From Candidatus Hadarchaeota archaeon (GTDB lineage: Archaea > Hadarchaeota > Hadarchaeia > Hadarchaeales > Hadarchaeaceae): a stretch of DNA of 32,000 bases. Positions 17,003 through 24,557 of the stretch are shown here, one piece after another. Numbering within the stretch: position 1 is the stretch's first letter; the number at the start of each line of letters is the position of its first letter. The position numbers were made by a program, and so were the translations under genes. The stretch covers positions 450,001 through 482,000 of the forward strand of contig CAZETV010000001.1 of NCBI GenBank assembly GCA_964514965.1. The letters run 5' to 3'. A model generated the notes under the pieces. It was given only the letters and a program-made list of their open reading frames with translations, made no database searches and was not told where the DNA came from.

Positions 17003-17731
17003 TCACTTGCTTCGAACACGACAAAAATCAAATCTGAAGAGAATCATAGCACCCCCGAACCCAACTAGGAACCCGAACCCGTGAGCGAACACATCAATTC
17101 CCGGTCCAGCACTAAGGAACCCCCCAGGATCGGTGAAGATTAGCCATAAAAAGGAGAAGAGTAGGGAAAACGTGAAGAGAGCGGGGAAAGTTTTCAGGAA
17201 TTTTCGATTTAATCTGAACGGGCCCCTTTTTTTACGTCTGCGGACCCGACGACGCTCCTTAGAAAGTGTCTTTAGATGTACTGGTAGGCTCTGGAAGCAG
17301 GACGCAAAGAGGACTCCAATGGCTCCGTATACAATCCCCGATGCCCCCCAAGATTCGAAGTCAGGACCGATCAGCGTCAGCGGATACTCTATCACATTCG
17401 CACCGATGCCGGCGATAAATACCAGCCAGAGGAAAATGCGACTCCAACGTCTGCGAATCCTTACTGGATACACCAAATTCACGAAGATAAAAAACAAAGT
17501 TGCTAAGGTGAAAGCTTCAAGGTTGCTGGCGAGATGAGGGAGTTCGGCTTGGGTGAAAGCAGATGTCATAATGCCCCAGGGACGGTCGGCGGAAAGCCAC
17601 AGGATCTCGAGGAGCGAAGGATAGAGGGAAACTAAGCCGAAAATCGCAAGATTAACGAGCGAGAAAATGACAAACGCTAGACCAACACTCTTGAAGCCAG
17701 CTAGGCGGCGAAAAAGAATGTAAGCTCTCAT
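17003..17731 (-). CDS. rhomboid-family intramembrane serine protease
   Basis: Multi-pass membrane protein with H...N motif PHLASN, the GxSG serine motif WGASGIVYGAIG, and a later FAHGFGFLVGFGG histidine helix. Confidence 0.7.
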   Translation of the reverse strand: MRAYILFRRLAGFKSVGLAFVIFSLVNLAIFGLVSLYPSLLEILWLSADRPWGIMTSAFTQAELPHLASNLEAFTLATLFFIFVNLVYPVRIRRRWSRIFLWLVFIAGIGANVIEYPLTLIGPDFESWGASGIVYGAIGVLFASCFQSLPVHLKTLSKERRRVRRRKKRGPFRLNRKFLKTFPALFTFSLLFSFLWLIFTDPGGFLSAGPGIDVFAHGFGFLVGFGGAMILFRFDFCRVRSK

Positions 17732-17804
17732 TCTCCCTATAAAAATAAAAAAAAGTAAATAAAAAAGTTTTTTATCGATGGATGAGCGTCAGAGAAGTGA
17801 AATG

Positions 17805-17843
17805 CTAGAGTTTCTCTTTCTTTTCTTTCTTCTTCTTTGCCAT
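17805..17843 (-). CDS. micro-ORF, 12 aa basic peptide MAKKKKEKKEKL
   Basis: AAGGAGGTGA (17850..17859, complementary to the archaeal 16S 3' tail) lies 6 nt upstream of ATG 17843. TAG stop, with oligo-T runs downstream on the minus strand. Confidence 0.3.
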   Translation of the reverse strand: MAKKKKEKKEKL

Positions 17844-17918
17844 TTCTGTTCACCTCCTTGCAAGTCTGTCAATATTCGACATGCCAAAGAATCGCTGAGT
17901 TGGTAGTGCCTTTTCCGA

Positions 17919-17984
17919 TCAGTCTTCCCAACCTGTCTCCTCTTCCTCTTCTTCCTCGCCTTCGTATTTCCACTTCATGGACAT
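17919..17984 (-). CDS. micro-ORF, 21 aa acidic peptide MSMKWKYEGEEEEEEETGWED
   Basis: GGTGAGGAG immediately upstream of ATG 17984. TTTAAATA box at 18020..18027 on the minus strand. TGA stop. Confidence 0.25.
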   Translation of the reverse strand: MSMKWKYEGEEEEEEETGWED

Positions 17985-18128
17985 CTCCTCACCTGTTCGC
18001 TGGGTATAATTTCAACTCCTATTTAAAGTTATCACCCTACTTTCTTTCATTAGAAACCTTAAGGATTATAAATTGGAACTTATAATGTATATCGCTAAAG
18101 AAATAGAAGTAATACATGGGTGATTTGA

Positions 18129-18350
18129 ATGGCGGAACTTTCTATCGCTCCGTTCAAAAGAATGCTTAGGAAAATCAGCCCGGACATGAAAATATCGAAT
18201 CCTGCGAAGAGGGAGATGCGAAATATCTCAGAGAGGTTTGCCATGGATGTGCTAAGGGGCGCCATAGATATAGCGAAGATTTCAAAAAGGAAGACCGTGA
18301 TGGTGGGCGATATAAGGGTTGCAAAAAAGCAGTTGGTCAAGACGATCTGA
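18129..18350 (+). CDS. archaeal histone-fold protein
   Basis: 73 aa: ELSIAPFKRMLRKISPDMKISNPAKREMRNISERFAMDVLRGAIDIAKISKRKTVMVGDIRVA follows the HMf pattern. GGGTGAT SD 6 nt upstream of the ATG. The 142-aa antisense ORF is a shadow. Confidence 0.8.
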   Translation: MAELSIAPFKRMLRKISPDMKISNPAKREMRNISERFAMDVLRGAIDIAKISKRKTVMVGDIRVAKKQLVKTI

Positions 18351-18459
18351 TTTTCCGGGTGCGGGTTCGATGTTGGTGAAAACAGAGGGCATGATGCCTC
18401 AGGAGCGATTGGTGGAGAATTAGAATCATTCGTTAAGTTGGGATAAAACCCATTTGGCA

Positions 18460-19293
18460 CTATCTCAACATCGCCACGTAATCTCCAACTTTTACACTCA
18501 GACTTCGTGCGACTGGCCCACACTTTGCTCGAAAGATGTAGAAGAATTTCCCACTTTCTGGCAGCTCCGAAAGCGTTTCATAATTTCCCATTCCCTTAGC
18601 CACCACTAAATCCGCCCGCGCGAACCTCTCCCTGAGTTTGGGAGAAGCCCTGTCCGGATAAAAGCCCACCGTGGCGGGAGAAGGAATCATCTCAACAGGA
18701 AGCCTAAGCATCATGACCCGCACATCCTCAATAGACAGGTCGTTCTGGACCGGGCTCTCCTTAACCACATATCCTACCCTCGCCTTCTTCTTGAGGAAAG
18801 CCAACAGGGGCAGGTCGAAGAATACCTCGGCAGCGTTATCTGCCAGATACAGAATATCTTTTACACTCCCCAGCTTGCGCTCAAGTTTCGCTATATCGTC
18901 TATGGCAAAATTCGGTCCAACAGAAAGTTCACGATCGAGGCTTTCGGGATCCACGAAGAAGTCGATGGCATTCCCCTGAGCGGCGATCTCCATGTAGCCT
19001 CTCAACTCCCTCCGGGGTCTAACCTTCAAAAACGCCAACTTTGCCATTTCAATCTCCCTCAACTTCCACTCGCGGTAGGGATCCGGGTTTCCTGAGAGCT
19101 TCTTGATGATTGGGTGGAACTCGTTTGACAAATCGGTCGGGACTGTGCTTGGAGAGAGGCGCTCGAGGATTTTTGCAATCCTCCTCTCGATTTCCGACCT
19201 GATTAACGGGTCTGATGTCGCGAGTTCCGTGGTCTGGCGCGCGAGATTCCGCAAACAATTCAGACACTCGGGTCCTGCTTTCATGGGACTCAC
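18460..19293 (-). CDS. DUF89 (ARMT1-like) damage-control phosphatase family protein
   Basis: N-terminal CLNCLRN, YLADNAAEVFFDLPLL (DN-x-x-E...D), VVAKGMGNYETL (KG-x-x-N-x-E). GTG 19293 overlaps the upstream HAD stop (GTGA); ATG 19284 is an alternative. Confidence 0.8.
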   Translation of the reverse strand: MSPMKAGPECLNCLRNLARQTTELATSDPLIRSEIERRIAKILERLSPSTVPTDLSNEFHPIIKKLSGNPDPYREWKLREIEMAKLAFLKVRPRRELRGYMEIAAQGNAIDFFVDPESLDRELSVGPNFAIDDIAKLERKLGSVKDILYLADNAAEVFFDLPLLAFLKKKARVGYVVKESPVQNDLSIEDVRVMMLRLPVEMIPSPATVGFYPDRASPKLRERFARADLVVAKGMGNYETLSELPESGKFFYIFRAKCGPVARSLSVKVGDYVAMLR

Positions 19294-19925
19294 AACAGTT
19301 GACGCGAGAATTCCATCAGGTCTCTCACCACGAACTCTCTAGACTGCTCCCCATCACGATTTAGGAAAAATGCTCTAATGCCTGCCTCCCTCGGCGCAAT
19401 GTAGTCGAAAATCCAGTTGTCCCCGATATGTACCACCTCTGCGAGAGAAACGCCGACAGCTTTCAGGACTTTCGAGTAGAACTCTCCTGTCTTCTTGACG
19501 AGCCCGAAATCCGAGGTCGCTGAAAACATACAGTCAATGTAGTTTTTCAAGCCCGCCTGCTCGATTTCTACCTCAGCCAACTCGCGCACGCCATTGGTGA
19601 TGACCATGAGCTTGAACCTCCGATGCAGTTTATCCAAAACTTCGTAGACCTCAGAGTAGGCCCTCACTTTCGACCTGCATTGCTCAACCAAGTCCATCCA
19701 GTTCCCGCTCAGGTCGAATTCCTTCCACCAGTAATTGACATCGTACCACCCGAGTTTATCCATCCCGACCCCGTCGTACTTGCGCGTTATTTCCTGCCGC
19801 GCTTTCTCGGGCCCCATCCCCCATCGCTCGGCGTAAAGCCTAGAAATCCCATTAAACCAGAAAGAATTCGAAAAATTCCAGTCGATGAGAGTGCCGTCTA
19901 AATCAAACGAAACAATTTTTATCAT
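19290..19925 (-). CDS. HAD-superfamily hydrolase (subfamily IA-like)
   Basis: Motif I SFDLDGTL, motif II VITNG, motif IV HIGDNWIFD. Confidence 0.85.
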   Translation of the reverse strand: MIKIVSFDLDGTLIDWNFSNSFWFNGISRLYAERWGMGPEKARQEITRKYDGVGMDKLGWYDVNYWWKEFDLSGNWMDLVEQCRSKVRAYSEVYEVLDKLHRRFKLMVITNGVRELAEVEIEQAGLKNYIDCMFSATSDFGLVKKTGEFYSKVLKAVGVSLAEVVHIGDNWIFDYIAPREAGIRAFFLNRDGEQSREFVVRDLMEFSRQLL

Positions 19926-19994
19926 GCCATCAACAGATTACTTTCGAGTCCTGTGATTAAGGGTTAACACTCCTCAACAATGCTATTGATTGTT

Positions 19995-20270
19995 TCACTT
20001 TTTCTTCAATCCTCTCTCGGTAGCTATTTCTCCACTCTCCTCTAGAAATTCCAAAATTTTTTTCTCCACAATTTGGCTCATTTTAAATCCGCTGCGCTTG
20101 CAGAACTATCTGAACTTGTGGTACAGCTCCTCGTCCACGGTAAAGTTTACCCTAACCTTCGTAGGGAAACGTGGCAATTTGCCCGTCTCGTCGTAAATAC
20201 CAAGGGCGTCGAACCACTCGGGATGCAGGAAAATTAGCTTTTTGGCCCGCTCCACTTTATCTGATGACAT
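19995..20270 (-). pseudogene. ribbon-helix-helix (CopG/Arc-like) putative antitoxin, interrupted by in-frame TAG at 20106..20108
   Basis: Hand translation: MSSDKVERAKKLIFLHPEWFDALGIYDETGKLPRFPTKVRVNFTVDEELYHKFR*FCKRSGFKMSQIVEKKILEFLEESGEIATERGLKKK. The beta-strand/helix1/helix2 RHH pattern spans the stop. The ATG overlaps the Doc gene 3' end by 14 nt. Confidence 0.55.
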
Positions 20271-20577
20271 TTCTAATCATGCTCCTTATGGTTCTCACAT
20301 TCTTTTTGTCTATACGCGTCGCCAAGTTGTTCACCGCGTAAGGGTTGTATGCCAGTTTCAGCTCCTCGAAAGTAGTCACCATCGCAGCAACGGCGATTCG
20401 CTTGTTATAATCTTCAAAAGCATGGTCGACCAACAAGGCCCGAACTACATACGCCAGCTGTAACAGCCAATCCTTCGTCTGCTCGCGCAGAAACGGCGAA
20501 ATCTAGATTACCCCCGTTGACCAATCGCCCTGCCCCCCAACGGTTTTGTTCAAAGCCACAATTTCTTTTTTTCCCAC
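20257..20577 (-). pseudogene. Doc/Fic-family toxin, interrupted by in-frame TAG at 20503..20505
   Basis: Hand translation from GTG 20577: MGKKEIVALNKTVGGQGDWSTGVI*ISPFLREQTKDWLLQLAYVVRALLVDHAFEDYNKRIAVAAMVTTFEEL... HAFEDYNKR fits the Doc motif H-x-F-x-D-x-N-K-R. The N-terminal EIVAL...GG..G resembles P1 Doc. Confidence 0.6.
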
Positions 20578-20681
20578 ATGTGTGTAAAAGTGTGTATACG
20601 TAAGTATTTGACATTGTGTTCAAGCTCGTAGATGGAAAACCCTAAACCCGAAAGAATCGAATTCGCTAGAGGGCGCATGAA

Positions 20682-21185
20682 ATGAGAAATTCAAGTTTTT
20701 CCCTTTTGGGAACGCGATTCGAGTTCCGTGAAAACGGGTCGTTGAAGGTCGACTTCGACGAAAAAGTTATCGAGTTTGACCCACGCAGCCAGAATCACCT
20801 CAGGCGACTTGAACATATCCTAAAGCGAAAGCTCCTCGACGAACTCGAACCGGCAGTTACCTACTACAGCAAAAAATTGGGAGTGAGATTCAAACGAATA
20901 ACCATAAGAAAACCAAGAACAAGGTGGGGTAGCTGCTCGCCCGATGGAAATTTGAACTTCAACCTCCAGCTGATTTGTCTCCCGCCTGATCTCATTCGGT
21001 ATGTCGCATGTCACGAGGTCGCACACCTCAAAGAAAACCATCACGGCAGGGCTTTCTGGGAAATCGTGGGAAAAGAATTTGAAAACTACAAAACGATAAA
21101 AAAACGTCTGTCCGAGTACTGGTCCTTCGTCCAGGGAATTAACTCTTTTCTCGACCTAGGTAAAGCCTCACACCTTCCCAGATAA
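20682..21185 (+). CDS. YgjP-like (DUF45/M48-related) zinc metallopeptidase
   Basis: TRWGSCSPDGNLNFNLQLICLPPDLIRYVACHEVAHLKENHHGRAFW: WGSC...fN, then the HExxH motif and a downstream H. Confidence 0.8.
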   Translation: MRNSSFSLLGTRFEFRENGSLKVDFDEKVIEFDPRSQNHLRRLEHILKRKLLDELEPAVTYYSKKLGVRFKRITIRKPRTRWGSCSPDGNLNFNLQLICLPPDLIRYVACHEVAHLKENHHGRAFWEIVGKEFENYKTIKKRLSEYWSFVQGINSFLDLGKASHLPR

Positions 21186-21717
21186 CCCAAATTGATGCGA
21201 AGAGTCCTGAAATCGCCTCTGGAATCGCCACACCATCCCAACTAAATGTCCAAGGTATAGCCGCAAAGATTCCCATCAAAATAGTGAATGACCCAAACTT
21301 CCCAGAACCTGACAAAATCGCACTGGCGCCAAGTAGGAAAAACGAGATGGGGAACAACACGAAAAATGCCACCGAGAAGTAGAAGTGAACAACTCCCGCA
21401 GCTTCCGAGAACACCCCTATGCCAAACAAGGCGATGGCGCCAAAAAACAACGCTATCGTCCCCACACGCCCCAGAACCCGCTTCCTAAAGGTCACCCACA
21501 GGCCGACTGCAAAAATCATCGTGAGGGTCCCGCTAGCCATCAGCCCAAAGTTGAACACCCACGAAGCTTCGCCCACGCCAAGGTCGCTCAGCGCATTCTT
21601 CGTCCAGCTAAACCAAGGGGACAGGGATATGGAGATGAGAATGCACGAAAATGCCACCACCGGGACAACCATCCCACAAATCCAGGCGACCCGTAATTTC
21701 TTTTCGCTAGAGAGCAT
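21139..21717 (-). CDS. DUF998-like integral membrane protein
   Basis: Six to seven predicted TM helices, with WTKNALSDLGV resembling the DUF998 ISDLG motif. Start set at ATG 21717 because the longer ORF would overlap the nitroreductase gene by 62 nt. Confidence 0.6.
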   Translation of the reverse strand: MLSSEKKLRVAWICGMVVPVVAFSCILISISLSPWFSWTKNALSDLGVGEASWVFNFGLMASGTLTMIFAVGLWVTFRKRVLGRVGTIALFFGAIALFGIGVFSEAAGVVHFYFSVAFFVLFPISFFLLGASAILSGSGKFGSFTILMGIFAAIPWTFSWDGVAIPEAISGLFASIWVIWEGVRLYLGREKS

Positions 21718-22273
21718 GGGGTTCCGGGTAAATATTTGATGCTTTCCCTTTATATTCCTCAAACCCAACGATCTTGCTCAATCGCTTCTTTCGACGGAAA
21801 AAGTGCAAAACTTTCGCCAGCAAGTCAAATTTCTTGCGCGGGTACCCCACCGTCAAGAGTGCAACCACCTTCAAGTGCTCCGGAATCTTCAACAACCTCT
21901 TGACCAGCTCTTCATCGAAACTCCCAACCCAGCAAGTCCCTAGGCCCTCCCCTGTTGCTGCTAAGACCATGTTCTGCATGGCGATGGTGACATCAACCAC
22001 GTGCCATTTTGGCGAGGCCTTCCGATCGCCGCAGCCGACAATCACTACTGGGGACTTATTCAGAAAACCGGCAAACTTATCGCTCTCCGCGATTCGCTTT
22101 CTCGTCTCCAAGTCCGTAACGACGATGAAGTACCAAGGCTGGCGATTTTCGGCCGAGGGTGCCAAACGGGCCGCCTCTAAAATTCTTTCCAGTTTTTCCT
22201 TCGGTACTGGAGTTTGGGTGTACGCCCGAACCGACTTTCTCCTTCGGATGGCTTCAAATACCTTCATTTTCAA
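21707..22273 (-). CDS. nitroreductase-family FMN oxidoreductase
   Basis: AIRRRKSVRAYTQTPVPKEKLERILEAARLAPSAENRQPWYFIVV is the classic nitroreductase N-terminus. TAG stop. Confidence 0.9.
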   Translation of the reverse strand: MKMKVFEAIRRRKSVRAYTQTPVPKEKLERILEAARLAPSAENRQPWYFIVVTDLETRKRIAESDKFAGFLNKSPVVIVGCGDRKASPKWHVVDVTIAMQNMVLAATGEGLGTCWVGSFDEELVKRLLKIPEHLKVVALLTVGYPRKKFDLLAKVLHFFRRKKRLSKIVGFEEYKGKASNIYPEPHAL

Positions 22274-22856
22274 GCTCCCGGCCTTATTTCACACATGACC
22301 AAAAAATTCTTGTTAAGTTCTTCGACCAATTTTAAATAAAGGAATATCCTGTTAAACTTTTTATGCCAATCAGCCCCATCACTTTGATAAATTTCTTCAT
22401 GTTTTTAGGCCAAATTCTTAATCATTTTTATCATAATTTATGCATATTTTTAACCGAAAAATCTATATACGGTGGGGATAACATTCCAGTGGCGCGCGCA
22501 TGGTTAAAACTTTGAATTTATACCGATTTATTGCTGTGCCAGAGTTGTTGCCACCATCGTCCTGCTGATTATCAGCGGCATAACATGGTACATTACGCGC
22601 GCGCTATATGAGATGATCTATAGTAGATGGCTGTTTTTTCCCGTTAGGGCTATTTGCTAGTTAGGCGAGTGAAACCGTTTTTCCAAAACAAGTACCCTAA
22701 CATTCGGGATAAAGGTGCTCTTTCAGGCAGAGGTCCCTCCCGCTCCGAAGTGATTTTATTTGTCATGTCCCCTAGAACGAAATTGAGCAACCCCGTAAGT
22801 GCCGAAGGCTGTTTCCACCCCTTTTTTAAGTTTATAAATCACTTTCAGCAACCAAG

Positions 22857-24044
22857 TTACTCTGGAATAAGCGCCACAAAAGAATACCCTTTCAACCTGC
22901 CGAGCTTCTTCACATCCTGAAGCTTTAACTCAGAAATTCTTTGCTCATATTTGTAAAATTCTTCTGCAGACCCTGCGAGTTCTTCCATAAGCAACGCGAC
23001 AGCAACCTTGTTACTATCTTCTTGGAGCAATTTGTATCGGCCAATCAGTTGCTCTTTTGACTCTTCAAACTCTTTTTTATCTAGCTCCCTCATTTTTTTA
23101 ATTTCCTTCAAGATGAGTTCCTTTACCTGCTTGAAGTGCCCCGCATCTGTACCGACGTAAATTAAATTATGCCCGTAATCAACCCCAATTTGAGGATACG
23201 CGCCGACATGATAGGCAAGCCCTCTTTTGTCCCTTATCTCCTGGAATAATCTAGAAGATCCCCCGCCAGAAAGAATGATGTTGAACGATTCAAGCGCATA
23301 CCTCATCCTATCCCTCAAAGTCGCCGTGTGAAAGGCGAGCACGAGGTGCGCTTGTTTAATCTCTTTTCTCCGCTCCACCGCCTGTTTGTTTATTTTATTT
23401 ATCTTCAATTTTGATGGAGGCGCCCTCTTAACGGTTCTTTTCCGTTCAGCAGCTTCGATTACCTCATCGAAATCGGCTTCACCGACAACGCAAAGGACGG
23501 GATTATTGTAAAGGTTGAAAAATTTCAAAAGAATTTCCCTAGAGATCGGTTTGATTGTCTCCGCTGTCCCCACAATTTTCATTCCGAAAGGTTTCTCGTA
23601 CAAAAAGGATTTTGCCCTTTCGAAAACGTACATTGCAGGTGTATCGTGATTCATTTTTACTTCTTCTAAAACAACTTTCTTTTCTTTTTCTATTTTTTGT
23701 TCATCAAAAGCGGGATTTATCAGCATGCCAGAAAGCAAATCCACCCCCAAATCCAAATATTTAGATGGCAATTTTGTCCAAAACGCTGTTACCTCTTCAT
23801 CGGTGAACCCGTTAAGTATCCCTCCACGTTTCTCCACGGTGGCCGAAATTTCCTTGGAAGACTTGGTCTTCGTTCCCTGAAAGATACAGTGTTCTAGATA
23901 GTGCGCAACTCCTTTGAATTCAGCTGGCTCGTGAGCGGCACCCAACCTGCAGGCTAAAAGGGAAGTCACGACGGGAGACTTTCTGCGCTCAAGTAACACC
24001 GTCAAGCCGTTGTCTAGCGTAGCCCTGTAAAATTCTGCTTCCAT
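22857..24044 (-). CDS. M16 (pitrilysin/insulinase) family zinc peptidase
   Basis: Inverted zinc motif HYLEHCIFQGT (HxxEH) with a downstream E; two-domain size of 395 aa. Confidence 0.9.
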   Translation of the reverse strand: MEAEFYRATLDNGLTVLLERRKSPVVTSLLACRLGAAHEPAEFKGVAHYLEHCIFQGTKTKSSKEISATVEKRGGILNGFTDEEVTAFWTKLPSKYLDLGVDLLSGMLINPAFDEQKIEKEKKVVLEEVKMNHDTPAMYVFERAKSFLYEKPFGMKIVGTAETIKPISREILLKFFNLYNNPVLCVVGEADFDEVIEAAERKRTVKRAPPSKLKINKINKQAVERRKEIKQAHLVLAFHTATLRDRMRYALESFNIILSGGGSSRLFQEIRDKRGLAYHVGAYPQIGVDYGHNLIYVGTDAGHFKQVKELILKEIKKMRELDKKEFEESKEQLIGRYKLLQEDSNKVAVALLMEELAGSAEEFYKYEQRISELKLQDVKKLGRLKGYSFVALIPE

Positions 24045-24293
24045 TGAATCCTATCCATCTAGGAGTCAGACAAACGGATTAATAAGATTCACGAAATGAT
24101 TGTCTCAAGAAATCAAGCTTGAAGACATTATTCTGTTAATATTGGCAGATATTTGTTAAGATGGAACTACCGAACCCTGGTGGGTTAGGTTGAATCTAAA
24201 GTGTTGCAAGCCCCGAGTGCTAAAGCTACCCAATGAGAAATTTTTGTAAAATTTATTTCCAAATCGGAGATATATCAATTTTAACAAACAACT

Positions 24294-24301
24294 TATTTAT
24301 A
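24294..24301 (+). promoter_or_regulatory. TATA box for the downstream structured RNA
   Basis: TATTTATA about 25 nt upstream of the first nucleotide of the terminal helix (24326). Confidence 0.5.
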
Positions 24302-24324
24302 GAAGTTAAATCAAAAAAAAAGAA

Positions 24325-24557
24325 TGGCAGGGGTAGAAGCCTACAGAGGCGGCCGAACTGAAGTCTACGGACAACAGGGAGCCGCGAAAAAACGTGGACG
24401 AAAAACCACGGATGGTCGCGGATAAACGCCAGGAAGCATGGTGTGAGGCAACGACTGTGGGATAAAGGCCCTGATGTGAAAAAACGTTGAGCAACGGAAG
24501 TGGTCGAGACTCCGAAGCTTAACGAGATAGTAATGGAAGGGCCGAAATCCCTGCCCC
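24325..24557 (+). ncRNA. rnpB: structured RNA, probable RNase P RNA (reduced size)
   Basis: Terminal helix GGCAGGG 24326-24332 / CCCTGCC 24549-24555. P4-like long-range helix AAG(U)CUACGG 24361-24370 / CCGAAGCUU 24512-24520, with a bulged U and GCUUA. Nested hairpins inside. No credible ORF. Own promoter and T7 terminator. Confidence 0.65.

Noticed and set aside
17837-18085. 82-aa plus-strand ORF in the rhomboid-histone spacer
   Set aside because: TTG start, proline/leucine/serine-rich low-complexity product, and no SD or promoter in the right place. The minus-strand micro-ORF unit explains the region better.
18351-18459. GGGTTCGAT T-arm-like sequence and a GAGGGCAT-g-ATGCCTC hairpin, considered as a tRNA or sRNA
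   Set aside because: No complementary T-stem, acceptor stem or anticodon arm can be built. The hairpin is more simply a 3'-end structure between convergent genes.
18095-18523. 142-aa minus-strand ORF covering the histone gene region
   Set aside because: It runs antisense to a well-supported histone-fold gene (18129-18350). The sequence is low-complexity and hydrophobic/Ser-rich with no motif, which is typical of a shadow ORF.
22646-22856. ORF-poor segment with a GTTAGGG/CCCTAAC stem, small GCC-GAA-GGC hairpins, a T6 run (22822-22827) and a palindromic TTTATAAA box, considered as a second ncRNA (SRP RNA or a riboswitch)
   Set aside because: The helices are only 3-7 bp and ambiguous in strand. 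No SRP helix-8 motif (GGAA tetraloop with AGCA loop) or other diagnostic motif is present. The 88-aa plus-strand ORF (22654-22920) is low-complexity and overlaps the peptidase 3' end. Unresolved rather than supported.
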